Positions 19,268-30,350 are shown, numbered from the stretch's first letter. The stretch is DNA of 64,000 nucleotides from an uncultured Thermotogaceae bacterium (GCA_964580185.1 CAZOJQ010000002.1:52599-116598); one strand, 5' to 3'. Notes: generated by a model not told the origin, from the sequence alone. A program made the numbers and translations.

Positions 19268-20728
19268 TTATTGCAGGCGGGCTTCGCTCAAGGGGATCCC
19301 CAAAGCCTCAGCCACTCCTTTTCCGTATGCGGGGTCGGCCTTGAAACAGTTTTGGATGTGCCGGATCTTGATCATCCGTGGCGCGTCGCCCATATTCCGA
19401 GCGGTGTTCTCAAACAACGCCTGTTTTTGCTCCGGGTTCATCAAGTTGAACAAGGCCCGAGGTTGGGAGTAATAGTCATCATCCTCACGGTGGTTCCAAT
19501 GGCCTGCGTCCCCCTCCAAACCAAGGGTTGGTTCAGAGAAGCCGGGTTGTTCTTCCCATTCTCCATAACTGTTTGGTTCATAACCGATTCTACTTCCGTG
19601 ATTCCCATCCACACGCATTTGCCCGTCTCGGTGATAGCTATGGACTGGACAACGAGGCGCGTTGACAGGGATCAGATGATGATTGACTCCAAGGCGGTAT
19701 CGCTGCGCGTCTCCATAGGAGAACAAACGCCCCTGAAGCATCTTGTCCGGCGAGAATCCGATGCCCGGCACAATGCTCGCCGGATTGAAGGCAGCTTGTT
19801 CCACATCGGCGAAGTAATTTTCGGGGTTTTTGTTCAACTCTAAGATTCCCACATCGATCAGGGGAAAATCCGCATGTGGCCATACCTTTGTAAGGTCAAA
19901 CGGATTGTAAGGGACTTTTGCTGCTTCTTGTTCCATCATGACTTGGATCGACATCTTCCATCGAGGATAATCGCCCTTTTCGATGGCCTCGAACAAATCC
20001 CGTTGGTGGCTTTCGCGATCCTTGGCGATGATGGCTTCTGCTTCCTGATCGGTCAGATTCTTGATCCCTTGTTGGGTATGAAGGTGAAACTTGACCCAAT
20101 GCCGCTCGTTGGCGCTGTTGATCATGCTGAACGTATGGCTGCCATACCCGTTCATGTGCCGATACGAATAGGGGATTCCGCGATCGCTCATGGTAATGGT
20201 CACCTGATGCAACGCTTCGGGAAGAGATGTCCAGAAATCCCAATTGTTTTTTGCGCTGCGCATATTCGTTTTCGGGTCTCTTTTTACAGCATGATTGAGA
20301 TCGGGAAACTTGAGGGGATCGCGGAGGAAGAAGACCGGGGTATTGTTTCCTACCAAATCCCAATTTCCTTCTTCCGTATAGAATTTGATCGCAAACCCAC
20401 GAATATCCCGCTCTGCGTCTGCCGCGCCGCGTTCACCCGCTACAGTGGAAAAGCGAACAAACACATCCGTTTTTTTCTCTACTTCGGAAAAGATCTTTGC
20501 CTTGGTAAATCGGGTAATATCGTGGGTCACGGTGAAGGTGCCGAACGCCCCCGATCCCTTTGCGTGCATTCGGCGTTCTGGAATTACTTCCCGATCAAAA
20601 TGCGCCAATTTTTCTAGATACCATACATCCTGCAACAACATCGGTCCTCGTTTGCCGGCAGTCATAATATTTTGATTGTCCGGTACAGGGGCTCCGTTGG
20701 TACGGGTTAACTTTTTCTTCTTATCCAT
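19268..20728 (-). CDS. katA: Heme catalase (monofunctional, clade 3-like)
   Basis: 486 aa. Catalase signatures (RERIPERVVHAKG-like HAKGSGAFG, and FDRERIPERVVHA equivalent [12 protein letters not shown]). Confidence 0.95.
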   Translation of the reverse strand: MDKKKKLTRTNGAPVPDNQNIMTAGKRGPMLLQDVWYLEKLAHFDREVIPERRMHAKGSGAFGTFTVTHDITRFTKAKIFSEVEKKTDVFVRFSTVAGERGAADAERDIRGFAIKFYTEEGNWDLVGNNTPVFFLRDPLKFPDLNHAVKRDPKTNMRSAKNNWDFWTSLPEALHQVTITMSDRGIPYSYRHMNGYGSHTFSMINSANERHWVKFHLHTQQGIKNLTDQEAEAIIAKDRESHQRDLFEAIEKGDYPRWKMSIQVMMEQEAAKVPYNPFDLTKVWPHADFPLIDVGILELNKNPENYFADVEQAAFNPASIVPGIGFSPDKMLQGRLFSYGDAQRYRLGVNHHLIPVNAPRCPVHSYHRDGQMRVDGNHGSRIGYEPNSYGEWEEQPGFSEPTLGLEGDAGHWNHREDDDYYSQPRALFNLMNPEQKQALFENTARNMGDAPRMIKIRHIQNCFKADPAYGKGVAEALGIPLSEARLQ

Positions 20729-20882
20729 GGCCTGCCTCCTTTTTTTGATATGGTTGAAAAAGTTTGTGGTTTCAAACTTCTCACTCTAACGAAAACTATG
20801 GAGAATAAATTCCTCCAAAAGCCTTCGTGTTCAACAGAGGCTCGTTCATGTATGACTGGATCGTCAACGCCCAATCGGGTTG

Positions 20883-21353
20883 TTAAAGCACCCACCCTTC
20901 GGAATCCGGGAAGAGCGGTTTATGAACAAAGAGAAGATAGATCCCCATCCCAATAGCCCCCGAGACCACAAAGGCATCGGCAAAGTTGAAGATGGCGAAA
21001 TTTCCGATATGGATAAAGTCCACGACCGCCCCTCGAAAGAATCGATCGATCAAGTTGCCTACCGCTCCTCCGATGATGGCTCCGAACGAGAATCGGAGGA
21101 ACCAGGAGAAATCAGCGTATTTCCATGCAAGAACAGCCATACCGACGCTTATGATCAATACCGCTGGCAAGAGCTGATCCCCTTTTCCCTGGAGCATCCC
21201 GAAAACGATCCCTTCATTTTCATAATGGGTAAACCGGAACCATGAGCCAATAATCGGAATACTCTTGTATAAAGGGATATACACAACAACGAGCCATTTT
21301 GTCAGTTGATCCAGTCCCACAACCAAGAAAAACCAACAAACGGTCTTCTTCAT
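20883..21353 (-). CDS. lspA: Lipoprotein signal peptidase II
   Basis: 156 aa, 4 TM. Conserved LspA motifs (GNLIDR, FNFADAFV). Confidence 0.85.
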   Translation of the reverse strand: MKKTVCWFFLVVGLDQLTKWLVVVYIPLYKSIPIIGSWFRFTHYENEGIVFGMLQGKGDQLLPAVLIISVGMAVLAWKYADFSWFLRFSFGAIIGGAVGNLIDRFFRGAVVDFIHIGNFAIFNFADAFVVSGAIGMGIYLLFVHKPLFPDSEGWVL

Positions 21354-21362
21354 CGGAGGGGG

Positions 21363-22466
21363 TTACTTCTTTCCTTTGGTATAATATATCAATTCCGCCT
21401 CGATGAAGGCATCCAGATCCCCATCCATAACCGAATCAACATTTCCGGTTTCATGCTCGGTTCGAAGATCTTTAATCATTTTGTAGGGATGAAAAACGTA
21501 CGATCGAATCTGGTTGCCCCACGAAATACCCGTCAGTTCTCCTTGAATCGCATCGGCCTCTTTCCTCTTGATCTCCATTTCTCGTTCATACAGTTTCGCG
21601 GCAAGGATCTTCATTGCCGTATCTTTGTTCTGGTGCTGAGAACGTTGATTTTGGCAAGCAACAACAAACCCCGTAGGCAAATGGGTGATACGGACAGCGG
21701 ACTCGGTTCGGTTGACATACTGTCCCCCCGCTCCAGAAGCGCGGTATACATCTATCCGCAGATCGTCGGGGTTGATCTCGACGTCAACGTGATCGTCCAA
21801 CTCCGGCATCAAGTTTACAGAGACGAAAGACGTGTGTCTCCGTTTGGAGGAGTCAAAGGGCGAAATCCGGACCAACCGGTGGACACCTTTCTCGTATTTG
21901 AGATATCCATAGACATAATTGCCCTTGATCAGCAAGGTAGCATCCTTGATTCCTGCCTCATCCCCTGGCTGCACTTCGATTATTTCCGTTTCAAATCCGC
22001 GTCGTTCCGCCCATCGAAGGTACATTCTCAATAACATCTGGGCCCAATCTTGGGATTCTGTCCCGCCCGCTCCGGGATGGATGGTCAAAAAGGCATTGTT
22101 CATATCGAATTGCTCGTTCAAGACCATCTTCAATTCAAAATCGCGCACCTTTTGTCTCAGCATTCGAAGATCTTTCTGAAAATGCGCTTCCATGGAATCA
22201 TCGTCATCGATCAACTCAAGGGCTGTGTTTCCATCCTCAATCAGCTCCTGCAAATCCCGATACTCCTGCAGCTGGGTTTCAAGAACCTTGGCGTCTCTTA
22301 AGACATCGGCCGCTGATTGTGGATCGTCCCAAAATCCTTGACGGCCCATCTCTGTTTCCAATTCTGCCAATCGAGCCCGGCTTCGTTTTGGATCCAGAAC
22401 CGCTGACATATCTTCAAACTTTTCCGACAAAACGCGAAATTCCAGTTTTTCTTCGTATGATAACAA
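21363..22466 (-). CDS. prfB: Peptide chain release factor 2, encoded without the programmed +1 frameshift, TTG start
   Basis: SPF tripeptide (ISPFDS), GGQ (SGAGGQ), RF2-specific N-terminus. TTG start has a GAGGTGA SD 7 nt upstream. An in-frame TGA lies two codons upstream, so no extension is possible. There is no CTT-TGA-C site. Confidence 0.9.
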   Translation of the reverse strand: MLSYEEKLEFRVLSEKFEDMSAVLDPKRSRARLAELETEMGRQGFWDDPQSAADVLRDAKVLETQLQEYRDLQELIEDGNTALELIDDDDSMEAHFQKDLRMLRQKVRDFELKMVLNEQFDMNNAFLTIHPGAGGTESQDWAQMLLRMYLRWAERRGFETEIIEVQPGDEAGIKDATLLIKGNYVYGYLKYEKGVHRLVRISPFDSSKRRHTSFVSVNLMPELDDHVDVEINPDDLRIDVYRASGAGGQYVNRTESAVRITHLPTGFVVACQNQRSQHQNKDTAMKILAAKLYEREMEIKRKEADAIQGELTGISWGNQIRSYVFHPYKMIKDLRTEHETGNVDSVMDGDLDAFIEAELIYYTKGKK

Positions 22467-22472
22467 ACTCCG

Positions 22473-25100
22473 TCACCTCGCCACTTTCATTCTTCGCTTG
22501 GCCGTTGTCTTCGAGCCCTTTGCTTCTGTTTTTCTCCTCTGTTTTCGATTGAAAGAGTCGAAGTCTTCGTGGGTGTATTTCAATCGATCCACTTCCTGTT
22601 GGGCTTCTTGAGAGGCTTGCTGGTGATCAACCCGGACAATTCGGAGCAACAGAGAGGCCATATCGTCGTAGATCGAATCGATCATTTCCTCAAACAACCG
22701 ATGCGATTCTCTCTTAAACTCCATAACCGGATCTTTTTGCCCGTACGCCCGCAAACTGATTCCTTCCTTCAGAGAATCGATGGATTCCAGGTGTTTGCGC
22801 CACCGTTCATCGATGATTTTCAAAAGCAGATACTTTTGGAGTCCAAAAAAATCGGCTCCGATTTCCTCCTTCTTTGCTTCGTACGCTTGGATCATACATT
22901 CATAGAGATCGGTTTGAATCTGTTCGACCGATTGGATCGCATCCCATGGGATCGAGTCGAAAATGGGGGGAAAGGGATTCAGAGATCCTTTCAATCCCGG
23001 AAGATCCCACTCCGTTCCTGGACAATAGGTATCAATTCTTCGATCCACCACATCTTGATAGATGTCCTTGAGGTTCTCCGATATATCCGTTTCTCCCAGA
23101 ACCCAGTTTCGGTGCTCGTAGATGGCTTTTCTCTGGGAATCCATCACTGTATCGAGCTCCAAAAGGTATTTTCGAATAGAGAAGTGCATCCCTTCCACCC
23201 GCTTCTGCGCTTGCTCGATCAACCGGGTCAGCATCGGATGATAGATTGGTTCCCCTTGCTGAATCTTCATCATATCCATAATCTTGGCAATCCGGTCTCC
23301 ACCGAAGATCCGGACTAGATCGTCTTCTGTGGAAAGAAAGAACTTGGATTCCCCAACATCCCCCTGACGTCCGCTTCTGCCGCGAAGCTGGTTGTCGATT
23401 CTTCTCGCTTCATGCCGTTCGGTTCCAATGACATACAATCCCCCCAACTCTTTCACACCTCGGCCCAGCTTGATGTCAGTCCCGCGGCCTGCCATGTTGG
23501 TGGCAATTGTTACCATCTTCTGTTCCCCGGCTTTCGCAATGATTTCCGCTTCCTGTTCGTGAAATTTCGCGTTCAATACCTGGTGTGGGATGGAAAGCTT
23601 TTTGAGGGCTGTACTGATCCATTCGCTCTTTTCGATCGAAGTGGTTCCTACCAAGAGCGGTTGCCCTTTTTCATACCGAGCTTGGATTTCTTTGATAATG
23701 GCCCCGTATTTTTCTCCTACCGTTCGATAGATCTCATCGTCATGATCCGCACGGATCATGGGTTTGTGCGTGGGGATCACCGCGGCATCCATCCGATAGA
23801 TTTGCTTGAACTCCTCTTCTTCTGTTTTAGCGGTTCCTGTCATCCCAGCGAGCTTTTCATACATCCGGAAGTAATTCTGGAAGGTTATGCTTGCGTAGGT
23901 CAAAGACTCCTCTTGCACCTTCACCCCTTCCTTCGCTTCAAGGGCTTGATGCAATCCGCCGCTGAATCGCCGACCCGGCATGAGCCTTCCCGTAAATTCA
24001 TCCACGATCACAACTTGGCCCTGGTCATCGACAATATAGTGATCTTCTCGTTGATACAGGTGGAGGGCATTGAGGGCGTTGATGACATGATACAGATCAT
24101 CGATGTTCGCGGGGTCGTATAGGTTTTCCAGATTCAACAACTTTTCGGATTTTGCGACACCTTCTTCGGTCAGGGTAACGGTACGGCTCTTTTCATCGAT
24201 GACATAATCGGTATCTGCTCCATACTTTGGAGCTATGCGGGCAAACTTGTTGTACACCAAAGCCGTGCCTTTTGTAGGCCCGGAAATGATAAGAGGGGTT
24301 CGGGCTTCATCGATCAATATGGAATCAACCTCATCCACGATGGCGAAAAAGTGGCTTCTTTGTGATTTGGCAGATTGTTCGTATACCAAATTATCCCGCA
24401 AATAATCAAACCCAAATTCATTGTTGGTCCCGTATACCACATCCAATTGATACACATCTCTGCGTTCCACGGGCTCCAACCGGATCGAAAAGGCTTTTGC
24501 GGCCTCTGAGTTTTGTTCGCTTTCTTCGATGGTTTCGCGATCGACCCCTTTTGGCCATACCCACAAGTCTTTCTCGACTGCTTCTTTTTGAAGATCGGGG
24601 TGTTCCCATACCACCTCAAAAGAAGCGTTCAATGAGTTGATTACACCAATGCGCAAGCCTAGACTTTTATAGAGCGGCGCCATCCACATCGCATGAAACC
24701 GAGCCAAATAATCATTGACGGTAACCATATGGACCCCTTTTCCGGTCATTCCATTGAGAAAGACGGGAAGGGTCACTACAAGCGTTTTTCCTTCTCCTGT
24801 TCGCATTTCGGCTACATGTCCTTCATGAAGAGCGAGCGCGCCAACGATCTGAACATCGAAGGGAGCCAAACCTAGCACTCGTTTGGCTGTTTCACAGGCG
24901 ATTGCAAAGGCCTGTTCCACATAGTCATCCAAAGAACTGGCTTTCTGAACCTCTATTCTCAACTGTTCCGCTTGGTCAAACAAAGCCTGGTTTGTTTGTT
25001 TTTCCAGTTCTCGGTGGATTTCTCGGACAGAGTTCGCCATTTTGCGATATCTACGCAACAGGCTTTCGTTCTTATCGAATAGTTTCCCAAAGAGCTTCAT
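22473..25100 (-). CDS. secA: Preprotein translocase ATPase SecA
   Basis: 875 aa. DEAD-like motor motifs, a C-terminal zinc-finger-less basic tail (KRRMKVAR), and canonical secA-prfB synteny. Confidence 0.95.
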   Translation of the reverse strand: MKLFGKLFDKNESLLRRYRKMANSVREIHRELEKQTNQALFDQAEQLRIEVQKASSLDDYVEQAFAIACETAKRVLGLAPFDVQIVGALALHEGHVAEMRTGEGKTLVVTLPVFLNGMTGKGVHMVTVNDYLARFHAMWMAPLYKSLGLRIGVINSLNASFEVVWEHPDLQKEAVEKDLWVWPKGVDRETIEESEQNSEAAKAFSIRLEPVERRDVYQLDVVYGTNNEFGFDYLRDNLVYEQSAKSQRSHFFAIVDEVDSILIDEARTPLIISGPTKGTALVYNKFARIAPKYGADTDYVIDEKSRTVTLTEEGVAKSEKLLNLENLYDPANIDDLYHVINALNALHLYQREDHYIVDDQGQVVIVDEFTGRLMPGRRFSGGLHQALEAKEGVKVQEESLTYASITFQNYFRMYEKLAGMTGTAKTEEEEFKQIYRMDAAVIPTHKPMIRADHDDEIYRTVGEKYGAIIKEIQARYEKGQPLLVGTTSIEKSEWISTALKKLSIPHQVLNAKFHEQEAEIIAKAGEQKMVTIATNMAGRGTDIKLGRGVKELGGLYVIGTERHEARRIDNQLRGRSGRQGDVGESKFFLSTEDDLVRIFGGDRIAKIMDMMKIQQGEPIYHPMLTRLIEQAQKRVEGMHFSIRKYLLELDTVMDSQRKAIYEHRNWVLGETDISENLKDIYQDVVDRRIDTYCPGTEWDLPGLKGSLNPFPPIFDSIPWDAIQSVEQIQTDLYECMIQAYEAKKEEIGADFFGLQKYLLLKIIDERWRKHLESIDSLKEGISLRAYGQKDPVMEFKRESHRLFEEMIDSIYDDMASLLLRIVRVDHQQASQEAQQEVDRLKYTHEDFDSFNRKQRRKTEAKGSKTTAKRRMKVAR

Positions 25101-25113
25101 TCAATCATCTCCT

Positions 25114-26445
25114 TCAATAGATTCTCATAACTGTACGGTCAATTCGGGATTCCTGTATGTGGGCAAAGGGAACGGAAATCCGAACATGAGAGATCTCCCG
25201 AAACCACACTCCAAAATGGACCGCTCTGCGACCCTCGAAAACAGCGGTCCAAAGATCTCGCTCGTCGATAGAGGGAGGCGAACGGGGGGAAGATGATTGC
25301 TCTCGTTGATGATCCCAGCGATCATTTTTGTTGGAAAAAAGAATCCGGTCGTCCAATACTCGAATCCACAGGTTTGGAGGACTCGACCGCAAACAGATGA
25401 CCTGATCTTTGGCGCTTTCATCAAAGGGCTCAGACCAACTGGCAAAGAAAGGACGCATTGCCTCTTGGGCAAGAGGATGATGGACACGAATGATCCATTG
25501 ATCGGGAAAGTCTTCATGAATCACCATCGTCGCTTTTTCCAGAATAGCCCGCAACATCCGATTCCATTCAGAATCATACGTAAACTCAGGGAAAAGCGCT
25601 GGATATCTGGCCAGATAATACGAGGGAGAAAACCAGTGGATTTGGGACTGCTCGGAAGAAATCCCATAATCCTCAATCCAGTCCAGGACCGACTGAGCGG
25701 TTAATGGCTGATGACTACCCGTTGGCTGACCCCGAAGGTCGACACTGAGAAACCCGGCCTGTCTACGGACTTCTAAAACCTGAAGAGGGGTCTGTCCATA
25801 CAAAAGGATTGAAGGGGAAAAGGATTCCCGATAAATCTGCTGCTCTCGGATCCTTTGCAACCCTTGTGCTGAGAAGGATATCCCCACATATTCGCCCACG
25901 CGATACGAGAACGGTTCCGCGGAAAACAACCCCCGGAAAAGGATTTCAACTCCCTCAAAGTACGGAAGGATGACTCCTCCCCGTTCCATGGCATTGTGAA
26001 GCAAGCTGAAAAAGGCTTCTGGATGAAAAAACGCTTCGATCTGACCCAGGGGATTCCAACCCTCCATCGGGCCATACCAACAAAGGATGACAGGCTGTTT
26101 CAACAGCCGATCGAACAAGGAAGCATGCAGGTTATTTTCGATGCTCCACCGGAAAACCCGCTGCTCGATCTGCTGGTCCATGCGGAAAACATTCCATAGG
26201 GTATGGATTGAAGGCGCATCCAGATTCTGAAAACTTTGATAGGAAGACAAATACAGCGTTAGGGACGTGTCTTGCACCCAAGGAATGGAACCGACAGTAG
26301 CAAAAGCGGAATATGACGTCACGAACAAAGGAGCCAGTACCAGCCAGGCTAAAACGCTTCGGATTGTCCGAAGATCAGAACATTTGACCAAACCCAAAGC
26401 TAAATCCTCCCCATTCGAGGGTGCGCATATTCCAACCGGTATCAA
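25114..26445 (-). CDS. Uncharacterised secreted protein (no recognisable domain); start uncertain, overlaps bamA 3' end
   Basis: 443-aa ORF in a different frame from bamA. The putative signal peptide SVLAWLVLAPLFVTSYSAFA would need a start inside the bamA 3' end, and the ORF's first codon is TTG. I could recognise no family. Confidence 0.45.
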   Translation of the reverse strand: MIPVGICAPSNGEDLALGLVKCSDLRTIRSVLAWLVLAPLFVTSYSAFATVGSIPWVQDTSLTLYLSSYQSFQNLDAPSIHTLWNVFRMDQQIEQRVFRWSIENNLHASLFDRLLKQPVILCWYGPMEGWNPLGQIEAFFHPEAFFSLLHNAMERGGVILPYFEGVEILFRGLFSAEPFSYRVGEYVGISFSAQGLQRIREQQIYRESFSPSILLYGQTPLQVLEVRRQAGFLSVDLRGQPTGSHQPLTAQSVLDWIEDYGISSEQSQIHWFSPSYYLARYPALFPEFTYDSEWNRMLRAILEKATMVIHEDFPDQWIIRVHHPLAQEAMRPFFASWSEPFDESAKDQVICLRSSPPNLWIRVLDDRILFSNKNDRWDHQREQSSSPRSPPSIDERDLWTAVFEGRRAVHFGVWFREISHVRISVPFAHIQESRIDRTVMRIY

Positions 26446-28744
26446 ATCTCAAAAGCCCGAACCCCGGGATGGTAATCCTCATTCCAAACCCAAACGAACC
26501 CAGCATTCGCCCAAAGTCGAACTCACTTCCATCATTAAAGGCCATTCCCGCATCGATAAAGCCGACCAGGCCCAATCCAACAGGGTCTTGACGAATGATT
26601 TGATACCGATACTCCATATTCGCCGCAACGGCGTACTGTCCCAATTGCGATCTTGTATCCAATATCCCTCGAACCAATGCGCTCTGGGGCCCACCGATTT
26701 TATACTCTAAAACTTCTAGAGGATTATAGAGAATTTCTCCCGCAAAGATTCGTCCTGCAAAGGTATGATCTCTCCAAGGGGTCCAAAAGCCTCGAACAAA
26801 CTGGCGCATCTGGAACCAATCTTCTGTCGCCCCCAAGCCGGAATACTCCGCTCGAATATAGAACTCATATCCCGAGGTAGGACTGGTTAAGTCATCTCGG
26901 GTATCAAAGCTGTAGTTGAGTCCCAACACTGTAACGATCCCCGAAGGAGCAATTGTGGTTGCGGTGGCGGGAACATCATGGCGGTTGAAGCTCCCCCAGG
27001 TCAAATCAGCGCCTAGGAAGTGGAAGTCCCCGATCCGAAGGCCCACATTGGGAACAATCCGGAATGTATCGACTTCAAATCGGACAGGGATCCGTTCATC
27101 CTCATCGCGGAAATACCTTAGGTCCCACTTTCGGCTGTAATTCAAGCTGATGCCCGCGTCAAAATTGGAACCAAATAGGTTTTTGATGGCGTAGGAAAAA
27201 CCGAATTCGGGTTGACGGCCTAAAACTGCGCTCAGCGAAATGGTTTCCCCTTGACCGGTGGGGTTGATCCATTCAAAACTCATGTTTCCGGAAATCTGCT
27301 GAATGACAGATCCTTCAATAGAAGGATCGAAAGTAAGGCCGGCATTCATAGTCAGTGGATACGGAGATTCCTCCAAAGTGATCACAAAAATCGTGCCTGG
27401 GGAATTCCGGGCAAATCCGATCGGTTCCATGCGAATGTCAGAAAAGTACTGGGTTCGATTGAGGTTGATGTACGTCTGAACCCAATCCCGTTCGGTAACT
27501 GCTTGTCCAGGCCGTAATCGGACCTCCCTCATCACCAAGTCCTCTCTTGTTTTGGTTAGGCCTCGAATCCGGATTTCTTGCACCACCGATTCGGTGATGG
27601 TGAAGGTAAGGGTCTGTGTTGATGCACTATACACTGGATGGATGATTACGATGGGGTAGCCGGCGTCTTTGTATCGATAAACCATCAACTCGGTATCGCG
27701 CAGGACATCCATCAAAACGGTCGTAGGGTTGCGTACGCTTCGCAAACCGGGCATCAGCTCTGCATGAGACAGAAGGGTATTCCCTTTGATGATCACCTCT
27801 TGAACTGGATGGTCTTTGGGAACAACTGGGTTCAATTGAATCTTGAGCACAAGATATACTCCATACTCCCCTGTTTCCATCGGTTCATCCAGCGCGTTGA
27901 AATACATTTCTGTCTCAGGACCATATAGACCCGTATTGTAGAGTGAGTTCAAAGCAAGCTGAAGGGTAAGCAACTTTGGATAGCAAACCGCTTTGTTCCG
28001 AAAGATTCTCCAGAAATCCGCATAGAAGTCCTTCAAGGTTTCCAATTGCATGATATCCTTGACTTCCTGTAAAGTGATGTCTCCCGTCTCTCCGGTAACC
28101 TGGATGTCGTACAGACCATATTCGATAACCTTGATTTCCAGCTTCCCTTCCGGGATAAAAAAACGTCCATTCGGAGCGATCTCCATGTTGGTTCGTATTT
28201 CGATCAATTGAGGGATGTATCCTTGGCTGGAGTAATAGGTCCGGATGGCATTCGTGCTTCGAATCAGCATTTTATGATTGAACGCTCGATCTTTTTTGAT
28301 CTGGATTAATGGGTTCAAATCGGCTACTCGGACAACATTGGAGCCATTGATACTCAATGTGATATCATTGACAGTCGGGTGTTCCACCAGTTCAAAAACA
28401 ATCATCTTAACGTCGCCAATGTAGGGAGCCAAGCGGTAAGACACCGATTGAAAGTATCCCATATCTTCAATTAGGAAGATATCCTGTTCGATTTGGTCAA
28501 TCGTAACCCGAGCCCCTTCTTTGGTATTACGGATCACTTCTTGGATCTCATAGGTCGGAATGGTTGTATTCCCGGTAATCTCCACAAGCCCAATCGAATT
28601 GGACCATCCAAAACTCGCAAGTAGAATAAGTAGTATGATTCCTGTCCCTATTCGGATTTTCTTCAATGATAACAAAGCCCTGTCCCCCTTGATCATCCAA
28701 GTATGCGTAACCGATCTAAATTGCCGATGTTCCTTACGATCCAA
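26375..28744 (-). CDS. bamA: Outer-membrane protein assembly factor BamA/Omp85 family (POTRA repeats + 16-strand barrel)
   Basis: 789 aa. Signal-anchor, repeated POTRA-like modules, a C-terminal barrel with alternating hydrophobic dyads, and the terminal signature ...GFSFGFGQMF ending in Phe. Confidence 0.8.
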   Translation of the reverse strand: MDRKEHRQFRSVTHTWMIKGDRALLSLKKIRIGTGIILLILLASFGWSNSIGLVEITGNTTIPTYEIQEVIRNTKEGARVTIDQIEQDIFLIEDMGYFQSVSYRLAPYIGDVKMIVFELVEHPTVNDITLSINGSNVVRVADLNPLIQIKKDRAFNHKMLIRSTNAIRTYYSSQGYIPQLIEIRTNMEIAPNGRFFIPEGKLEIKVIEYGLYDIQVTGETGDITLQEVKDIMQLETLKDFYADFWRIFRNKAVCYPKLLTLQLALNSLYNTGLYGPETEMYFNALDEPMETGEYGVYLVLKIQLNPVVPKDHPVQEVIIKGNTLLSHAELMPGLRSVRNPTTVLMDVLRDTELMVYRYKDAGYPIVIIHPVYSASTQTLTFTITESVVQEIRIRGLTKTREDLVMREVRLRPGQAVTERDWVQTYINLNRTQYFSDIRMEPIGFARNSPGTIFVITLEESPYPLTMNAGLTFDPSIEGSVIQQISGNMSFEWINPTGQGETISLSAVLGRQPEFGFSYAIKNLFGSNFDAGISLNYSRKWDLRYFRDEDERIPVRFEVDTFRIVPNVGLRIGDFHFLGADLTWGSFNRHDVPATATTIAPSGIVTVLGLNYSFDTRDDLTSPTSGYEFYIRAEYSGLGATEDWFQMRQFVRGFWTPWRDHTFAGRIFAGEILYNPLEVLEYKIGGPQSALVRGILDTRSQLGQYAVAANMEYRYQIIRQDPVGLGLVGFIDAGMAFNDGSEFDFGRMLGSFGFGMRITIPGFGLLRFDTGWNMRTLEWGGFSFGFGQMF

Positions 28745-29183
28745 CCTTTTTCAGGATTTTGGGTCGAAACTTCCCCCGCGTGGCACGATCGATCCATCGA
28801 AGCGCAAAAAAACCGCTGGAAAGAGGGAGCAAAGACCACAAGAGTGATTGAACATCCGAAAGTCGAAAGATTTCACTGGTAAGGAAAAGCGAGAGGATAA
28901 AGAGGATGGTAGGAATCCCGTAGGTCAGAAATGCCAGTCGAGTCACGGGCGTTTGGGGGATTTCCACTTCCAACTCATCCATCGCTTGAACACTCATTCC
29001 ATTAGGGCATTCTATATGGAGTTCCAGTTTTTTTGGCACGCCACAAATCGACGAAGAGGGGCACGATCCACATGCTGCCGTTCGTTCCTTTTCAACGATC
29101 GCTACCGTTTTCCCTTTTTCCTGTTCTACGCGCACAACACGAAATACTTCGATCACTTGATTGCTCCAATCGATACATTCCAA
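28734..29183 (-). CDS. RseC/MucC-family protein (sigma-E regulator C / SoxR-reducing system component-like)
   Basis: 149 aa. Cys-rich N-domain (CGSCPSSSICG) followed by two TM helices, matching RseC/MucC architecture. Confidence 0.55.
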   Translation of the reverse strand: MECIDWSNQVIEVFRVVRVEQEKGKTVAIVEKERTAACGSCPSSSICGVPKKLELHIECPNGMSVQAMDELEVEIPQTPVTRLAFLTYGIPTILFILSLFLTSEIFRLSDVQSLLWSLLPLSSGFFALRWIDRATRGKFRPKILKKVGS

Positions 29184-29192
29184 CCCTCTGCT

Positions 29193-30350
29193 CTAGAAGC
29201 GGATCGAAATCCCCAAATAGGGGATCCATCGATCCCGGTGATGAACACCGGCATACATCTCAAATCCCGTTTGGACTTCAAATCCCAGTTGGAATCGCCA
29301 ATCTTCTTGTCTGATCCGAATCAAAACCCTCCATGGTAGATGGATCGATGAAAACTCCCAAGACAACTGCCCGGAATCGATCGAGTACAACAAGGTAAGG
29401 GTCTGATTCCAGGTATTGGATTTTACTTGAATCCCGGAGATCCATTCATCGTCATATCCACAAACCAGCTGAATTCTCGGATGGATGAACCATTCCTGAT
29501 AAAAAAATGGGTAGGTCTGTTGAGTTACGTTGATTCCAATCGCAGTCGCCCCGAACCAAAAGGTAGGAAAAACGGAAATGAACCGAAATTCATCGGGTTC
29601 TCCCGATCGGACATCCCCTTGGACAGAAACCCAAATGAAATCGAGTAAACCAACCCGAATCCCATTGGCATATTGACGACTAAATTCCTTGATTTGATGC
29701 ACATAGTCACGGGCTGGTGCTTCAGACAAAGGATCTTTTCCCGATTGCAGGAGGTTCGTGACTGCGCCTGTTCCCATATAATATGCAGCCAGTGCAAGGT
29801 CTTTGGAACCCAGTTGGCGCTCCAGACGATCGAAATATTGAAGGATGCGCACACCCCCATAGGGATTGAACGGATTGATCATCCCGATCTCTTCAGCTGT
29901 AAACGGTTTGGTTTGAAATAGCCCGAGCGCGAACGACGGTGAAATCGAATGAACGATAAACGAAGATTCCTTCTGAATCAAACCTCCAAGGATCGGATCA
30001 TCGATCCGAACGGATAATCCAGTCTGAAAAGTCCTTCTAAAGGTAATTTGCACCGAAAACTCGGTCATCCCTCCTTGGAAAGAAACATACGGGCGAGGTT
30101 GGTACAAAAGATTGGTGGGGAAAAAACCCATTACCCCTCTGGCCAAAAGGAAACCGATTGCAAACCAACCGATCGTTCTCCAGACACTAATGGAGATGTT
30201 CCTGTTCCTGGAGCGTTCGCGCAATAATCTCCTCCTGATGGGATCGGTCCAAATGGATGAAATAATCGCTATATCCTGCGACCCGGACCAGGAGATCGGC
30301 GTATTGTTCGGGATCTTTTTGCGCGGAGCGCAAAGTCTCTGTATCCACAA
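29193..30350 (-). CDS. Lytic transglycosylase (SLT domain) fused to a C-terminal putative outer-membrane beta-barrel; start uncertain
   Basis: SLT catalytic motifs ESSFIVHSISPSFALGLFQ and AAYYMGTGAV. C-terminal ~170 aa is beta-rich and ends in GISIRF (aromatic C-terminus). The N-terminal candidate signal-anchor IGWFAIGFLLA lies upstream of the internal ATG. Alternative starts fall at 30131 or 30146. Confidence 0.55.
   Translation of the reverse strand: MWIQRLCAPRKKIPNNTPISWSGSQDIAIISSIWTDPIRRRLLRERSRNRNISISVWRTIGWFAIGFLLARGVMGFFPTNLLYQPRPYVSFQGGMTEFSVQITFRRTFQTGLSVRIDDPILGGLIQKESSFIVHSISPSFALGLFQTKPFTAEEIGMINPFNPYGGVRILQYFDRLERQLGSKDLALAAYYMGTGAVTNLLQSGKDPLSEAPARDYVHQIKEFSRQYANGIRVGLLDFIWVSVQGDVRSGEPDEFRFISVFPTFWFGATAIGINVTQQTYPFFYQEWFIHPRIQLVCGYDDEWISGIQVKSNTWNQTLTLLYSIDSGQLSWEFSSIHLPWRVLIRIRQEDWRFQLGFEVQTGFEMYAGVHHRDRWIPYLGISIRF

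Noticed and set aside
19082-19843. 253-aa plus-strand ORF spanning the caspase-lipoprotein / catalase junction
   Set aside because: Antisense to two well-supported genes (catalase and the C14 lipoprotein). No SD and no recognisable domain.
22380-22470. Possible programmed +1 frameshift site at the prfB start
   Set aside because: Translating the region shows a continuous frame LLSYEEKLEFRVLSEKFEDMSAVLD with no CTT TGA C. The upstream ATG AAA GTG GCG AGG TGA is a 5-codon dead end in the same frame.
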